A stretch of DNA of 64,000 bases from an uncultured Gemmatimonadota bacterium (GTDB lineage: Bacteria > Blakebacterota > Blakebacteria > Blakebacterales > Blakebacteraceae), in NCBI GenBank assembly GCA_964576115.1, contig CAZNUA010000010.1, positions 1 to 64,000 of the forward strand. The letters run 5' to 3'. The position numbers were made by a program, and so were the translations under genes. Under the pieces are notes generated by a model. That model did no database searches and was not told where the DNA came from. It was given only the letters and a program-made list of their open reading frames with translations. Below, in pieces: positions 9,653 through 19,898 of the stretch (position 1 is its first letter; each line of letters opens with the position of its first letter).

Positions 9653-9944
9653 CGCCGGCGATCGTGCAGGCCGGGGAACCGTCCGGGGGGGGCTGCGNNN
9701 NNNNNNNNNNNNNNNNNNNNNNNNNNNNNNNNNNNNNNNNNNNNNNNNNNNNNNNNNNNNNNNNNNNNNNNNNNNNNNNNNNNNNNNNNNNNNNNNNGCG
9801 GAGGGCCCTCTGGCTTCACACAGGCGGGCCCGAGGCCGCAGGGGTCGCCGGCGATCGTGCAGGCCGGGGACCTGCCGGCGGAGACTGCGGCGGAGGGCCC
9901 TCTGGCTTCACACAGGCGGGCCCGAGGCCGCAGGGGTCGCCGGC
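9653..9944. repeat. 92-bp tandem hairpin repeat spanning the assembly gap
   Basis: gcggagggccctctggcttcacacaggcgggcccgaggccgcaggggtcgccggc at 9798 and 9890; cgccggcgatcgtgcaggccgggga before the gap and at 9847. Confidence 0.85.
9698..9797. other. Scaffold gap (100 N)
   Basis: Run of N. Confidence 1.
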
Positions 9945-9954
9945 AGGCAGAAGC

Positions 9955-10947
9955 TCAGGGCAGGATCAAGCCGTCGCGGATCAGCTCTTCGCGGAAAGCA
10001 TCCATGCGGGCCCGCACGGCGGGATCGGCGGGCGCTTCGGGGGGCAGGGCGACGTGCAGGCCCTGGAAGCCGGTGAAGACCGGCCGGTTCTCCTGCTGCC
10101 GCTCCCGCGGCAGGACCGAGGCGTCGAGCAGACCCAGCATCTGACCCTTGCCGGCTGCGCTCATGGCCACGCAGGTCCCGATGCGGAAAGCCTGGCGATT
10201 GAGCTGCCACTCCCCGTGGAAGAGCAGATCGATCTCGGGGTACCACTCGGGGATCTTGTCTACTACCGCGAACTGCACGTGCGCGATCACGATCTGGGCA
10301 TCGGCCGGATCCGATCCCCGGCTCGACTCTTCGAGCACCTCTTCGAGCACCTGTTCCCAGCGGGTCACCAGACCGGCCCGTCCCTCGGTCATCATGTCCG
10401 GTTCCACGATGTTGAAGACATCCACCTCCAGACCCCCCAGCTCGAGCCGGATACGGGGCACGGTCTCGATTCCCAGGTCGACCCCGGGAGCGCGGTTGGT
10501 GAGCAGGGGGGGGTACTCGAGGTCGGGCATGTGTTCGGCCAGAAAGGCGGGTTCCAGGGTCAGATCATGACGGCCGAGGGCGGTCAGGGTGTAGCCCATC
10601 CGCTCCATTTCGGCCGCCAGAAAGGCAGCCTGGCGACGCCCGAGTTCGGTCATCGGCCGGCCGGTCGGGATCTCGAAGAGATTGCCGAAATCGATCAGAA
10701 CGGTCGGCCGATCTTCGAGGCGATTCTCGGCGATGGCCGCCATCCGACGATCGAGACCGCCCAGAACTCCCCGCGAGCAATCGCACGGCTCGATATAGCC
10801 CAGGGTGTTACCGGTAAACAGGATTCGGAAGCTGACCCGGCGCGGCTGACGGTCGGGCTCGCGGGGAAGGATGCCGGCGCCGAGCAGCAGGACCACTGCC
10901 GCCGCTCCCAGCAGGCGGAGGGTGACGTCGATGGTCCGGTTCCTCAT
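9955..10947 (-). CDS. UshA/5'-nucleotidase-like metallophosphoesterase-fold protein with CxC motif
   Basis: ILFTGNTLGYIEPCDC..LGGLDRR, IDFGNLF, LGRHDL, IVIAH, GKGQMLG; N-terminal signal/anchor; no C-terminal nucleotidase domain. Confidence 0.7.
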   Translation of the reverse strand: MRNRTIDVTLRLLGAAAVVLLLGAGILPREPDRQPRRVSFRILFTGNTLGYIEPCDCSRGVLGGLDRRMAAIAENRLEDRPTVLIDFGNLFEIPTGRPMTELGRRQAAFLAAEMERMGYTLTALGRHDLTLEPAFLAEHMPDLEYPPLLTNRAPGVDLGIETVPRIRLELGGLEVDVFNIVEPDMMTEGRAGLVTRWEQVLEEVLEESSRGSDPADAQIVIAHVQFAVVDKIPEWYPEIDLLFHGEWQLNRQAFRIGTCVAMSAAGKGQMLGLLDASVLPRERQQENRPVFTGFQGLHVALPPEAPADPAVRARMDAFREELIRDGLILP

Positions 10948-11153
10948 GACGGGGCTCTCACCTTTCCCGAGGCGACCGGCGGTCGGGTACCGTTACCCGT
11001 TGATTGTATCTTCTCCGTTCTTCCGTCTCAAGAGTCCGCGCGTGGAGCACTTTATTCGATGAGGCAACAGGGAGTCCGCGGGAATGCACTCGGGTCGTTT
11101 CGGTCTTTCCGGTCGTTTCCCTTCGATGCTGTGACCTGCTATGCTTCCCGGTC

Positions 11154-11690
11154 ATGACGACCGCCCCCTCCCGCACCCGAACCCGTTTCTGTGGCTGGCT
11201 CACCCTGACGGGTCTGGTCGCCTACGTGGTGACCAGCGCTTTCACCTATGCCGACACCGCCGCCCATCCCGCCCTGCGCCCCGGTCAGGCGGTGCCGGCC
11301 GTGACGGTCACAACCCCCACCGGAACCCCGGCCCGGCTCGATACCCTGCTCGTCGGTCGAACCCGTCTGCTGGTGGTCGCGCCAACCTGCGATGTGTGCG
11401 CCGCCGAGATGCAGGCCATCCTCGATGCCTGGCGCGGAGTGCCGGGCACCGAGCGGGACGATCCACCACCGGCCGGGATGTTCTTCCTGATTCTGCAGGT
11501 GGAGGCGATCCCGCGGGCCGGTTTCATGGATGCCTACCGGCAGCTGCGCGAAACCGACGCCGGGCTGGCGCTCATTCCGATCGAGGCAGGACGCGGGCTC
11601 GGGATCACCCGGGTTCCGGTTATCGTCCGGCTCGACCCCGGAGGCCGGGTCGGATCGCTGACCTACATGAAGGAAGCCGAGGCACCGTAG
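11154..11690 (+). CDS. Membrane-anchored thioredoxin-fold (TlpA/MauD-like) protein
   Basis: TM segment, LRPGQAVP, APTCDVCAAEM (CxxC), GITRVP (cis-Pro loop). Start uncertain. Confidence 0.65.
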   Translation: MTTAPSRTRTRFCGWLTLTGLVAYVVTSAFTYADTAAHPALRPGQAVPAVTVTTPTGTPARLDTLLVGRTRLLVVAPTCDVCAAEMQAILDAWRGVPGTERDDPPPAGMFFLILQVEAIPRAGFMDAYRQLRETDAGLALIPIEAGRGLGITRVPVIVRLDPGGRVGSLTYMKEAEAP

Positions 11691-12194
11691 CTACCCGCTC
11701 TCTCGTACTGTTTCGACGGCGGAGCTTCCCTCATCGACCGGCGGTCCGGCCGCCTGCTCGGCTTCCAGAGCCGACAGGTAACGCCAGAGACTGCCGAGAA
11801 ATAGGGCCTGAGCGCCGTTCTGGGCTGCCGCGAGCAGGCTGATGTCACGGGGCAGGAAGGGGATGCAACCGCAATCGCCGGCTCCGCCGGCCAGGGTTTC
11901 GAGAACGAGCATGATGCCGGTAACGACCAGGAACAGGGTCGCGGCCGGTAGTCCCCAGCGGTGCCAGGTACGATGCAGAAGCAGGGCGGCGGCGATGAAG
12001 AACTCCCACACCAGACTCCCGGCTGCCGGCAGGGCGGGGGGAAGCCAGTCGAGGATGCTGTAGGCTGTCATGGCGTCGCGGGTGGCTTCCCAGTCGAGCA
12101 GCTTCATGATCGCGCCGGCGGCGAAGATCAGACCGAAAGCCGCGGCGATACCACGCGAGACGCCGGTGACGAGACGGTACCGGGTGCGGGTCAT
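11691..12194 (-). CDS. mauE: MauE/DoxX family redox-associated membrane protein
   Basis: Four TM segments, IFAAGAIMKL, WE..IA, GDCGC motif. Confidence 0.75.
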   Translation of the reverse strand: MTRTRYRLVTGVSRGIAAAFGLIFAAGAIMKLLDWEATRDAMTAYSILDWLPPALPAAGSLVWEFFIAAALLLHRTWHRWGLPAATLFLVVTGIMLVLETLAGGAGDCGCIPFLPRDISLLAAAQNGAQALFLGSLWRYLSALEAEQAAGPPVDEGSSAVETVRESG

Positions 12195-12328
12195 GACATC
12201 CTTCCACTTCGGTCCCGGCGGGGACCGCGGGGGCGGGATCGGTGACGGCTGAGAGTGTAGGGGGAGTGAGTCCCGGGCTCAAGGGGCCGGTGTACGGATA
12301 CCGCACGGATCGGATCCGCTGACCGGTT

Positions 12329-13219
12329 TCACCCCTGTCGAAACATGAATCGCGAACCGCCGTGTCGGGGTTTGCGATGCACCGCATCTCCGAATTCGAG
12401 TATCTCGGCGTACCGTTCGGGGGTCAGCGGCCCCGCCCGGATTCCTTCGATATCCTCGCGCAGTTCAGCCGCCGAGCGTGCGGCGCAGAGGACCGCATCG
12501 ACGCTCCGGTGCCCCAGGACGAAGCGGTAGCACTCCGGAGCCCTCATCCCCTGCTCGTAACCCTCGGCGGGGCGCGGCTCGAGCAGCTCCCCCCAGCGGG
12601 TGGCGGTATAGGCGATGACGCCCGGGCGCTCAGAACCGAGAACATCGAAGATCTCGGTCTCGGCTCCCCGATGGGCGGCGTTGTAACGGATCATCAGGAT
12701 ATCGGGCCGGGGTTCGAGTTCGGAGGCCAGGCGCGCGGCCAGCAGGCGATTGTGGATACTGAATCCGAGCGCCCCGACCAGGCCCCGGGCCTTGAGCTGC
12801 TGCATCGCCTCCCAGACGGCGGGGCGCAGATAGAACCGGTGCTGGACCCAGCCCATGAGCAGGATATCGAGGCGGTCGGTACCGAAACTGCGGCAGCAGC
12901 GCCTCACATAGGCCCGGATCCGGCCAGCAAAGGGCAGTCCGGCCACCGAAATGAGGACCATCTCGGAACGGTGGCCGGCTGCAATGAGCTGCCGTACCCC
13001 TTCGGCCTGGGCCCGCATCTTCGGAGTGGTGAAAAAACCGTTGAGACCGTACTCGTGAAAGGCTCGTTCGATCTCCTCCGGCGGCAGCTGAGCGCCGAGC
13101 GGTCCCCGGCGGCCGGCGAACGACCAGGTGGCCGGAATCAGGGGATGCACCCGGAGTCCGGTGGCACCGAGTTCGACCCGTTCCGGTCCCGCCCGTCCGG
13201 TCGCGGTCTCAGGCACCAT
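12329..13219 (-). CDS. Aldo/keto reductase family protein
   Basis: LGATGLRV, FGTDRLDIL, LKARGLVGALGFSIH, IRYNAAHRGAE. Confidence 0.8.
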   Translation of the reverse strand: MVPETATGRAGPERVELGATGLRVHPLIPATWSFAGRRGPLGAQLPPEEIERAFHEYGLNGFFTTPKMRAQAEGVRQLIAAGHRSEMVLISVAGLPFAGRIRAYVRRCCRSFGTDRLDILLMGWVQHRFYLRPAVWEAMQQLKARGLVGALGFSIHNRLLAARLASELEPRPDILMIRYNAAHRGAETEIFDVLGSERPGVIAYTATRWGELLEPRPAEGYEQGMRAPECYRFVLGHRSVDAVLCAARSAAELREDIEGIRAGPLTPERYAEILEFGDAVHRKPRHGGSRFMFRQG

Positions 13220-13248
13220 GGGGCACCGCTCTTCTCACCGGCCCGCTC

Positions 13249-14253
13249 TCAGCGGGGACGGCGCAGCTTGGGTGGACGCCAGCCGTCGCGCAGGGTCTGG
13301 AGCAGCTGTTCGCGTCCCTCGGGCAGAGTCGCTCCGAACTCGAGGGTCTTTTTCTTCTTGGGATGCTGGATGATGAGACGTTCGGCATGCAGGAAGGGGT
13401 GTTCCAGACCGAAGCGATCCCGGAAAGCCTTGTTTACAGCGGCGAAACCGTACCGATCGTCACCCACCATGGGGTGACCGATGGCCGAGAAGTGGGCCCG
13501 GATCTGGTGGGTGCGGCCGGTGTGCAGAACGATCTGCAGCAAACTGGCGATTTCGAATGTCTCCTTGACCTCGTACTCGCTTTCGGCACTCTGACCTCGC
13601 CGCTTGGCTACCACGACCTTGGGCATGTCGGCCGCCTGGGCCTCGACCCGGCGCAGGGGATGCCGGATGATTCCCGACTTGGCCTGGATGACACCCGAGA
13701 CCAGGGCCAGATAGTGCTTCTGGACCTCGCGGTTCCGGAACTGGGCGGTGAGTTCGCGCAGGGCGTCGGCGGTCTTGGCCACCAGCAGGACGCCCGACGT
13801 GCCGATGTCGAGCCGGTGCGGCAGGGCCGGCCGGAATGTGTGACCGCGACCGACCGTACCGAGGTGACTCCAGGCCCGCGACAGAGCGGAATCGCCCTTG
13901 GCTCCCGAACCCCCGTGAGAGGGAAGTCCGGCGGGTTTGTTCAGGGCCAGGACGTGTTCGTCCTCGAAAAGGATCTCCAACTCGTCAGATACCGGACGGA
14001 TGAGATTCAGCATATCCTGCTCCTGCTCCTTGAAAGAGCGGGCCGTAGCCGCGGCCCGACTGTCGGTGATCTCGACCGTCATCCCCGGCTCGAGACGGTC
14101 CGATGGACGGGCTTTGACCCCGTCTACGAGGACACCCCGCGTACGAATCATCTTCTGGATGAGGCTGTGCGGTGCATCCGGTATCAGCTTGCGCAGAAAG
14201 GCATCGACCCTCTGGCCGGCGTCGTTCGGCCCGATGCTGAGTTTCTTCGTCAC
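13249..14253 (-). CDS. RluA family pseudouridine synthase with S4 domain
   Basis: GQRVDAFL S4 domain, NKPAGL, HRLDIGTSG, TGRTHQIR, GD.RYG, LHA. Confidence 0.95.
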   Translation of the reverse strand: MTKKLSIGPNDAGQRVDAFLRKLIPDAPHSLIQKMIRTRGVLVDGVKARPSDRLEPGMTVEITDSRAAATARSFKEQEQDMLNLIRPVSDELEILFEDEHVLALNKPAGLPSHGGSGAKGDSALSRAWSHLGTVGRGHTFRPALPHRLDIGTSGVLLVAKTADALRELTAQFRNREVQKHYLALVSGVIQAKSGIIRHPLRRVEAQAADMPKVVVAKRRGQSAESEYEVKETFEIASLLQIVLHTGRTHQIRAHFSAIGHPMVGDDRYGFAAVNKAFRDRFGLEHPFLHAERLIIQHPKKKKTLEFGATLPEGREQLLQTLRDGWRPPKLRRPR

Positions 14254-14350
14254 GGTTCAGGATGGAAAAAAAAGGTACGACGGCCGACATCCTGCAAAGA
14301 AAATCTTCTCTCCCTCCGCGTATTCCTCCCCGCCGGTAGTGTGCCCGACA

Positions 14351-14379
14351 TTGACAGGGTGGCGGTACGGGCATAACGT
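14351..14379 (+). promoter_or_regulatory. Putative sigma70 promoter for tatA
   Basis: TTGACA-17 nt-TAACGT. Confidence 0.5.
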
Positions 14380-14441
14380 GCGGGATTGCAGACCGTCATG
14401 CAGCCCAGGACGCGCCCCTGCGCCGTCCGGAAGGAGGGACC

Positions 14442-14645
14442 GTGTTCGGCCGATTGGGACCAGTGGAGATCCTCATCCTCGTGGGCATCCTCGTCTTTCT
14501 TTTCGGGGCCAAGAAGATTCCCGAACTGGCCAAGGGCATGGGGATCGGGATCAAGGAGTTCAAGAAGGGCCTGCGTGAGGCAGAAGCCGAAGATGAAGCC
14601 GAAGTGCAGGGAACCGTAGACGACGAACAGGAGAGCGGAACCTGA
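14442..14645 (+). CDS. tatA: Twin-arginine translocase TatA/E
   Basis: [41 protein letters not shown] before GTG. Confidence 0.95.
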   Translation: MFGRLGPVEILILVGILVFLFGAKKIPELAKGMGIGIKEFKKGLREAEAEDEAEVQGTVDDEQESGT

Positions 14646-14647
14646 TC

Positions 14648-15481
14648 TCACTCATCGAGATCCCGCATTCCGGCCGGGGTCCGGGCCGCTGCCAGAAGAG
14701 CCTGGTGAACGTGCCCGTTACTTGCCACGATATCGCCTGATTCCCACCATCCCTCCTCACCTCCGAAATCGCTGACAAGCCCGCCGGCCTCGCGCACGAT
14801 CAGGGCTCCGGCGGCGACATCCCAGAGACCCAGACCGTATTCCCAGAAACCCTCGAGTCGTCCCGCGGCCACGTAGCAGAGATCCAGTGCCGCGCTCCCC
14901 AGGCGCCTGATTCCCTGACTGGCCCAGAAGATGCGCTGAAAGACGTCGAGATAGGAAGCCAGCAGTTCCTTCCTCCTGAAAGGCCAGCCGGTCGCCAGCA
15001 TGGCGCGCAGCAGATCGGATTCGGTCGAGACCGAGATCGGCTCGTCGTTGAACCGGGCGCCCTGCCCGGCGGCGGCGGAAAACAACTCGTCGGTCACGGG
15101 ATTGTAGACCACACCGGCCAGCAGTTCGCTGCCGGCTGCGGCGGCGATCGAGACCGAGAAAATCGGGAACCGGTGCAGGAAATTGGCGGTCCCGTCGAGC
15201 GGATCGACGATCCAGAGAAGCTCCTCTTCCCCGGCCCGGGCGGTGCGGGCTTCGGCGTCCTCTTCGGCGAAGAAGCGGGATCCGGGCGAGCGTTCGAGCA
15301 GAATCGATTCAGCCAACTGCTGGGAATGGCGGTCGACCTCCGACACCAGATCGCCCGGTGATTTCTCTTCGTACTCGCCCCGGGGAGCGCGCCAGGACTC
15401 GAGCAGATAGGCGCCGCAGATGCGGGCGGTCTCAGTGGCAATTTCACAGAGCCGGCGCGGATCGGGTCGGTTCCGGGTCAT
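14648..15481 (-). CDS. suhB: Inositol monophosphatase
   Basis: AEE, WIVDPLDGTANF, RRLGSAALDL, WDVAAG. Start placed at ATG 15481. Confidence 0.92.
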   Translation of the reverse strand: MTRNRPDPRRLCEIATETARICGAYLLESWRAPRGEYEEKSPGDLVSEVDRHSQQLAESILLERSPGSRFFAEEDAEARTARAGEEELLWIVDPLDGTANFLHRFPIFSVSIAAAAGSELLAGVVYNPVTDELFSAAAGQGARFNDEPISVSTESDLLRAMLATGWPFRRKELLASYLDVFQRIFWASQGIRRLGSAALDLCYVAAGRLEGFWEYGLGLWDVAAGALIVREAGGLVSDFGGEEGWWESGDIVASNGHVHQALLAAARTPAGMRDLDE

Positions 15482-15623
15482 GGGTGGCGTCCTTGTCGTT
15501 CGGTCTGGCGGTTCACTCCGGTTGACACAAGATCGCCCCCCCGTCACCCTCGGGCCAGGATTGTTTGACTGCCCGCGTCGCCATCTTGCGGGTTCAGACG
15601 GCCGATGGTAAGGTCAACGCATC

Positions 15624-16478
15624 ATGTCGTCCGAGTTTGTCACCAGACCGCTGCGAACGATCGCGGAACTGCGTCAGGCCCAGGAAATCATCATTGCGAC
15701 CTGGGGCGAGAGCGGCGACAGCCTGGTGCCGGTCCCGACCCTGGTGGCGGTCAATCATGCCGGCGGCCTGGTGGCCGGAGCTTTCGAGGAAGAGACTCTG
15801 GCGGGCTTCATCTATTCCTTCCCGGGTGTCATCGCCGGCGAACTCATCCTGTACTCGCAGATGACAGCCGTCAGGCCCGACCGGCGCGACCGGGGAATCG
15901 GACGGCGACTCAAATTCTATCAACGGCAGTGGGCGCTCGATCACGGTTTCGCAAGGGTCTACTGGACCTTCGATCCTCTCATGGCGGTCAACGGCCGTTT
16001 CAATCTGCACTACCTCGGTGCTGCGGCGGTTGCCTATCTCGAGTCCTTCTATGGAGACGAGAGTTTCAGCCCGCTGCACGGCAATGTTCCGACCGATCGG
16101 TTCCAGGCCTGCTGGGATCTTCGCTCGCCGCGGGTCACCGCTCTGGCCCGGGGTGAAATCCCCGAACCTTGCGTGGCCGATCCCGGAGCTGTACCGGTGC
16201 TGTACGAGCTCACCGAAACCGCATCCGGCTCGCCGGTGCCCGCCGGGACCGGTGAACCCCGGCTTGGTGGCGAGCCCTGGCTGCTGGCACCTATTCCGGC
16301 CGATTTTCTGGCTCTGAGTCGCTCCGAGCCGGAGGTGGCCGAACGCTGGCGGCTGGCAACACGGACAGCCTTTCAGGCTGCTTTTCAAACCGGATATACG
16401 GTCGTGGATCTGCTCGACGCCGCCCTTGAGGCGATCCCCGGACCGCACTGTCTGCTCGGCCGGGCGGATTCCCGGTAG
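15624..16478 (+). CDS. GNAT family acyltransferase
   Basis: LYSQMTAV..RDRGIGRRLK..QR.WAL..WTFDPL..N..FN; resembles D-amino-acid N-succinyltransferase-like GNATs. Confidence 0.8.
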   Translation: MSSEFVTRPLRTIAELRQAQEIIIATWGESGDSLVPVPTLVAVNHAGGLVAGAFEEETLAGFIYSFPGVIAGELILYSQMTAVRPDRRDRGIGRRLKFYQRQWALDHGFARVYWTFDPLMAVNGRFNLHYLGAAAVAYLESFYGDESFSPLHGNVPTDRFQACWDLRSPRVTALARGEIPEPCVADPGAVPVLYELTETASGSPVPAGTGEPRLGGEPWLLAPIPADFLALSRSEPEVAERWRLATRTAFQAAFQTGYTVVDLLDAALEAIPGPHCLLGRADSR

Positions 16479-16578
16479 TCACGAAGCTTCGGATGCATAC
16501 TTTTCAGGGTGTCGTCCACACGGCGGAGTGGACGGCGGTGCGGGCCGCTTTCCATACTGAATCCGATCTGAGGCGAAC

Positions 16579-17286
16579 ATGACCCTGCGGGCGGTATCAT
16601 TCGATCTGGGACACACCCTTGTCTTCCCGCGCTACTCCTTCTACACCGAGGCGGTGCGTGAGGTAGGGGTGGAAGTCGCCCGGGCTGATATCGAACGCGT
16701 CGAGGCCCGGCTCCGTCCCTGGTTCGACGGTCTGGTCCTGGACGGCGGCCTCGACGACGGCGTCTGGCAGACCTACTACACCCGCTTCTTCACCGAAATC
16801 GGGGTACCCGGGACCGGTCTGGAAGAGGTCCTGCTGCGCCTGCTGAGCGAGCACAGGCAGGGAGTGGGGCTATGGACCGAACCGGCTCCGCTGGCCGCCG
16901 AGACCCTCACCACCCTGTCGAGCTCACCCCTTCTGCTGGCCTGTGTCTCCAACAATGACGGGCGCCTGCGGCAGATGGTCGAACATCAAGGATGGCTTGA
17001 TCTGTTCGATCTGCTGGTCGATTCCGCGGAGGTGGCCAGTACCAAACCCGATCCGGGAATCTTCCTGCATGCTTTGCGCGAGCTGGGGCTCGAGCCCGGG
17101 GAAATGGTGCATATTGGTGATTACTACAGTGCCGATATCGTCGGCGCGCAACGAGCCGGCATCGAAGGAATCCTCTACGATCCCCTCGATGCGTACGAGG
17201 GGCGGGAGGTGGATTGTCGGGTGATAAAGAGCCTGGGGGAAATCGTAGATCTTGTGTTGGGAGATCGAACCCCTGTAACAGAGTAA
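16579..17286 (+). CDS. HAD-IA family hydrolase
   Basis: SFDLGHTL, VSN.D, KPDPGIF, HIGD...DIVGA. Confidence 0.9.
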   Translation: MTLRAVSFDLGHTLVFPRYSFYTEAVREVGVEVARADIERVEARLRPWFDGLVLDGGLDDGVWQTYYTRFFTEIGVPGTGLEEVLLRLLSEHRQGVGLWTEPAPLAAETLTTLSSSPLLLACVSNNDGRLRQMVEHQGWLDLFDLLVDSAEVASTKPDPGIFLHALRELGLEPGEMVHIGDYYSADIVGAQRAGIEGILYDPLDAYEGREVDCRVIKSLGEIVDLVLGDRTPVTE

Positions 17287-17357
17287 CCGGATTGCCTCGC
17301 CCGACGTATCATGGAGACATGATTGCCGGGCGAACCCGGGTTTGTAGAGGAATACCG

Positions 17358-18587
17358 ATGCCGAAGAAACGCCGTAAGAAACGCTGGATCGTTCTGCCTC
17401 TCCTGCTGCTGATCGTGATCGTGGTCGCCAACGCCGCCCGCGGGCGCGATATGACGGGGGAAGTGTTTGAACCGCTGACTGCTGCCAGGGGTGATATCGT
17501 GCGTCGCCTGGCTGAGAGCGGCACGATCGAGATGGATCAGCTGATCGAGGTCAAATCACAGGTCGCCGGGCGGATCATTACCCTGCTCAGCGACGTGGGG
17601 CAGGCCGCCGGCGAGGGGGAACTTCTGGCGATCATCGAACCCGACCCCAACAAGGCCCTGCAGCTTTCCGGCAAGCGCGCCTCGGTCACCCGGGCCGAAA
17701 TGGATCTGGCCGAACAACGGCGCCAGCTCGATACCAAGCGTCAGAACTATGCCGACGGCATCATCGCCCGCGACGAGATGGAGCGAGCCGAATATTCTTT
17801 TAAACTGGCCGAGATCAGCCTGGCTCAGCAGCGCCTCGAACTGCAGATCCTGGAGCGTGAAGTACGGGCCCAGGCCCGGGCCGTGCAGGCCACACCCGAT
17901 TCCTTCCTGCTCGAGGATTACGAGATCTATTCGCCCATCCATGGTATCATCACCGAGCGTCCGGTCGAAGAGGGCGAACTGGTCACCTCGGCCGTCTCGT
18001 CGAACCAGGGGACCATCCTTTTCCGGGTCGGCGATCCCGACCGTCTGATCGTGACCATCCAGATCTCCGAAATCGACATCGGCGACATGCGTTCCGGGCT
18101 CGAGGCCGAGGTCACGGTCGACGCTCTGCCCGGTCAGACCTTCCCCGGCCGGCTGCGGCACGTAGCGCCGACCGGCGCCATCCGTTCGGGATCCTCGGTG
18201 GTCAGTTTCGAAGCCGAGGTCGAAATCCTGGGTACCTTTCCTCAGCTGCGCCACGGGATGAGTGCCGATGTGGATATCATCATCGACTCCCGCTCCGATG
18301 TTCTGTACCTGCCGGTCGAAGGCGTGGCCAGTGTCTATCGCGTCGACGAAGCCGGAGAGCTGACCAATGTGGTCGAGCGGCGGATCGTCTACCTCAGGCA
18401 GGGTGAGGAGTGGGTCGAACGCGAGGTCGAAGCGGGTTTGGAGAGCAATACCCGTATCGAGATCCTCTCCGGTCTCGAGGCTGGTGCCGAGGTGCACCCC
18501 GACGCTCAGATCGAATGGGAACAGCGTTCCGGTCACGCGCCCGACGAAGAGCGCTCCGGGCGTATCATGCGCAACCGGATCACCTGA
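17358..18587 (+). CDS. Efflux periplasmic adaptor (MacA-like)
   Basis: Basic N-terminus plus TM, EVKSQVAGRI, coiled coil, IYSPIHGII, ISEIDIG, GMSADV. Confidence 0.88.
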   Translation: MPKKRRKKRWIVLPLLLLIVIVVANAARGRDMTGEVFEPLTAARGDIVRRLAESGTIEMDQLIEVKSQVAGRIITLLSDVGQAAGEGELLAIIEPDPNKALQLSGKRASVTRAEMDLAEQRRQLDTKRQNYADGIIARDEMERAEYSFKLAEISLAQQRLELQILEREVRAQARAVQATPDSFLLEDYEIYSPIHGIITERPVEEGELVTSAVSSNQGTILFRVGDPDRLIVTIQISEIDIGDMRSGLEAEVTVDALPGQTFPGRLRHVAPTGAIRSGSSVVSFEAEVEILGTFPQLRHGMSADVDIIIDSRSDVLYLPVEGVASVYRVDEAGELTNVVERRIVYLRQGEEWVEREVEAGLESNTRIEILSGLEAGAEVHPDAQIEWEQRSGHAPDEERSGRIMRNRIT

Positions 18588-18602
18588 GGTTCGCCGGCTT
18601 TG

Positions 18603-19832
<1,230 letters not shown>

Positions 19833-19898
19833 CCGGCCGCTATCCTGCACCATCATCCCCACCCCCGCTCGGGCTCATGAGCTGAACGGAAGGACCGC

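Noticed and set aside
9653-9944. Tandem repeat as a CRISPR array
   Set aside because: The conserved part (about 75 nt) is too long, the variable part (about 15 nt) is too short and still similar between units, and no cas genes are present.
9955-10947. Selenocysteine recoding or a fused cytochrome domain in the UshA-like gene
   Set aside because: Both motif residues are Cys codons, and reading past the terminal TGA enters the repeat with no CxxCH.
9664-11157. 497-aa ORF through the gap
   Set aside because: Runs through Ns and the repeat, and is antisense to the UshA-like gene.
11688-11693. Abutting convergent stops forming TAGCTA
   Set aside because: Automatic consequence of two adjacent TAG stops; no further structure.
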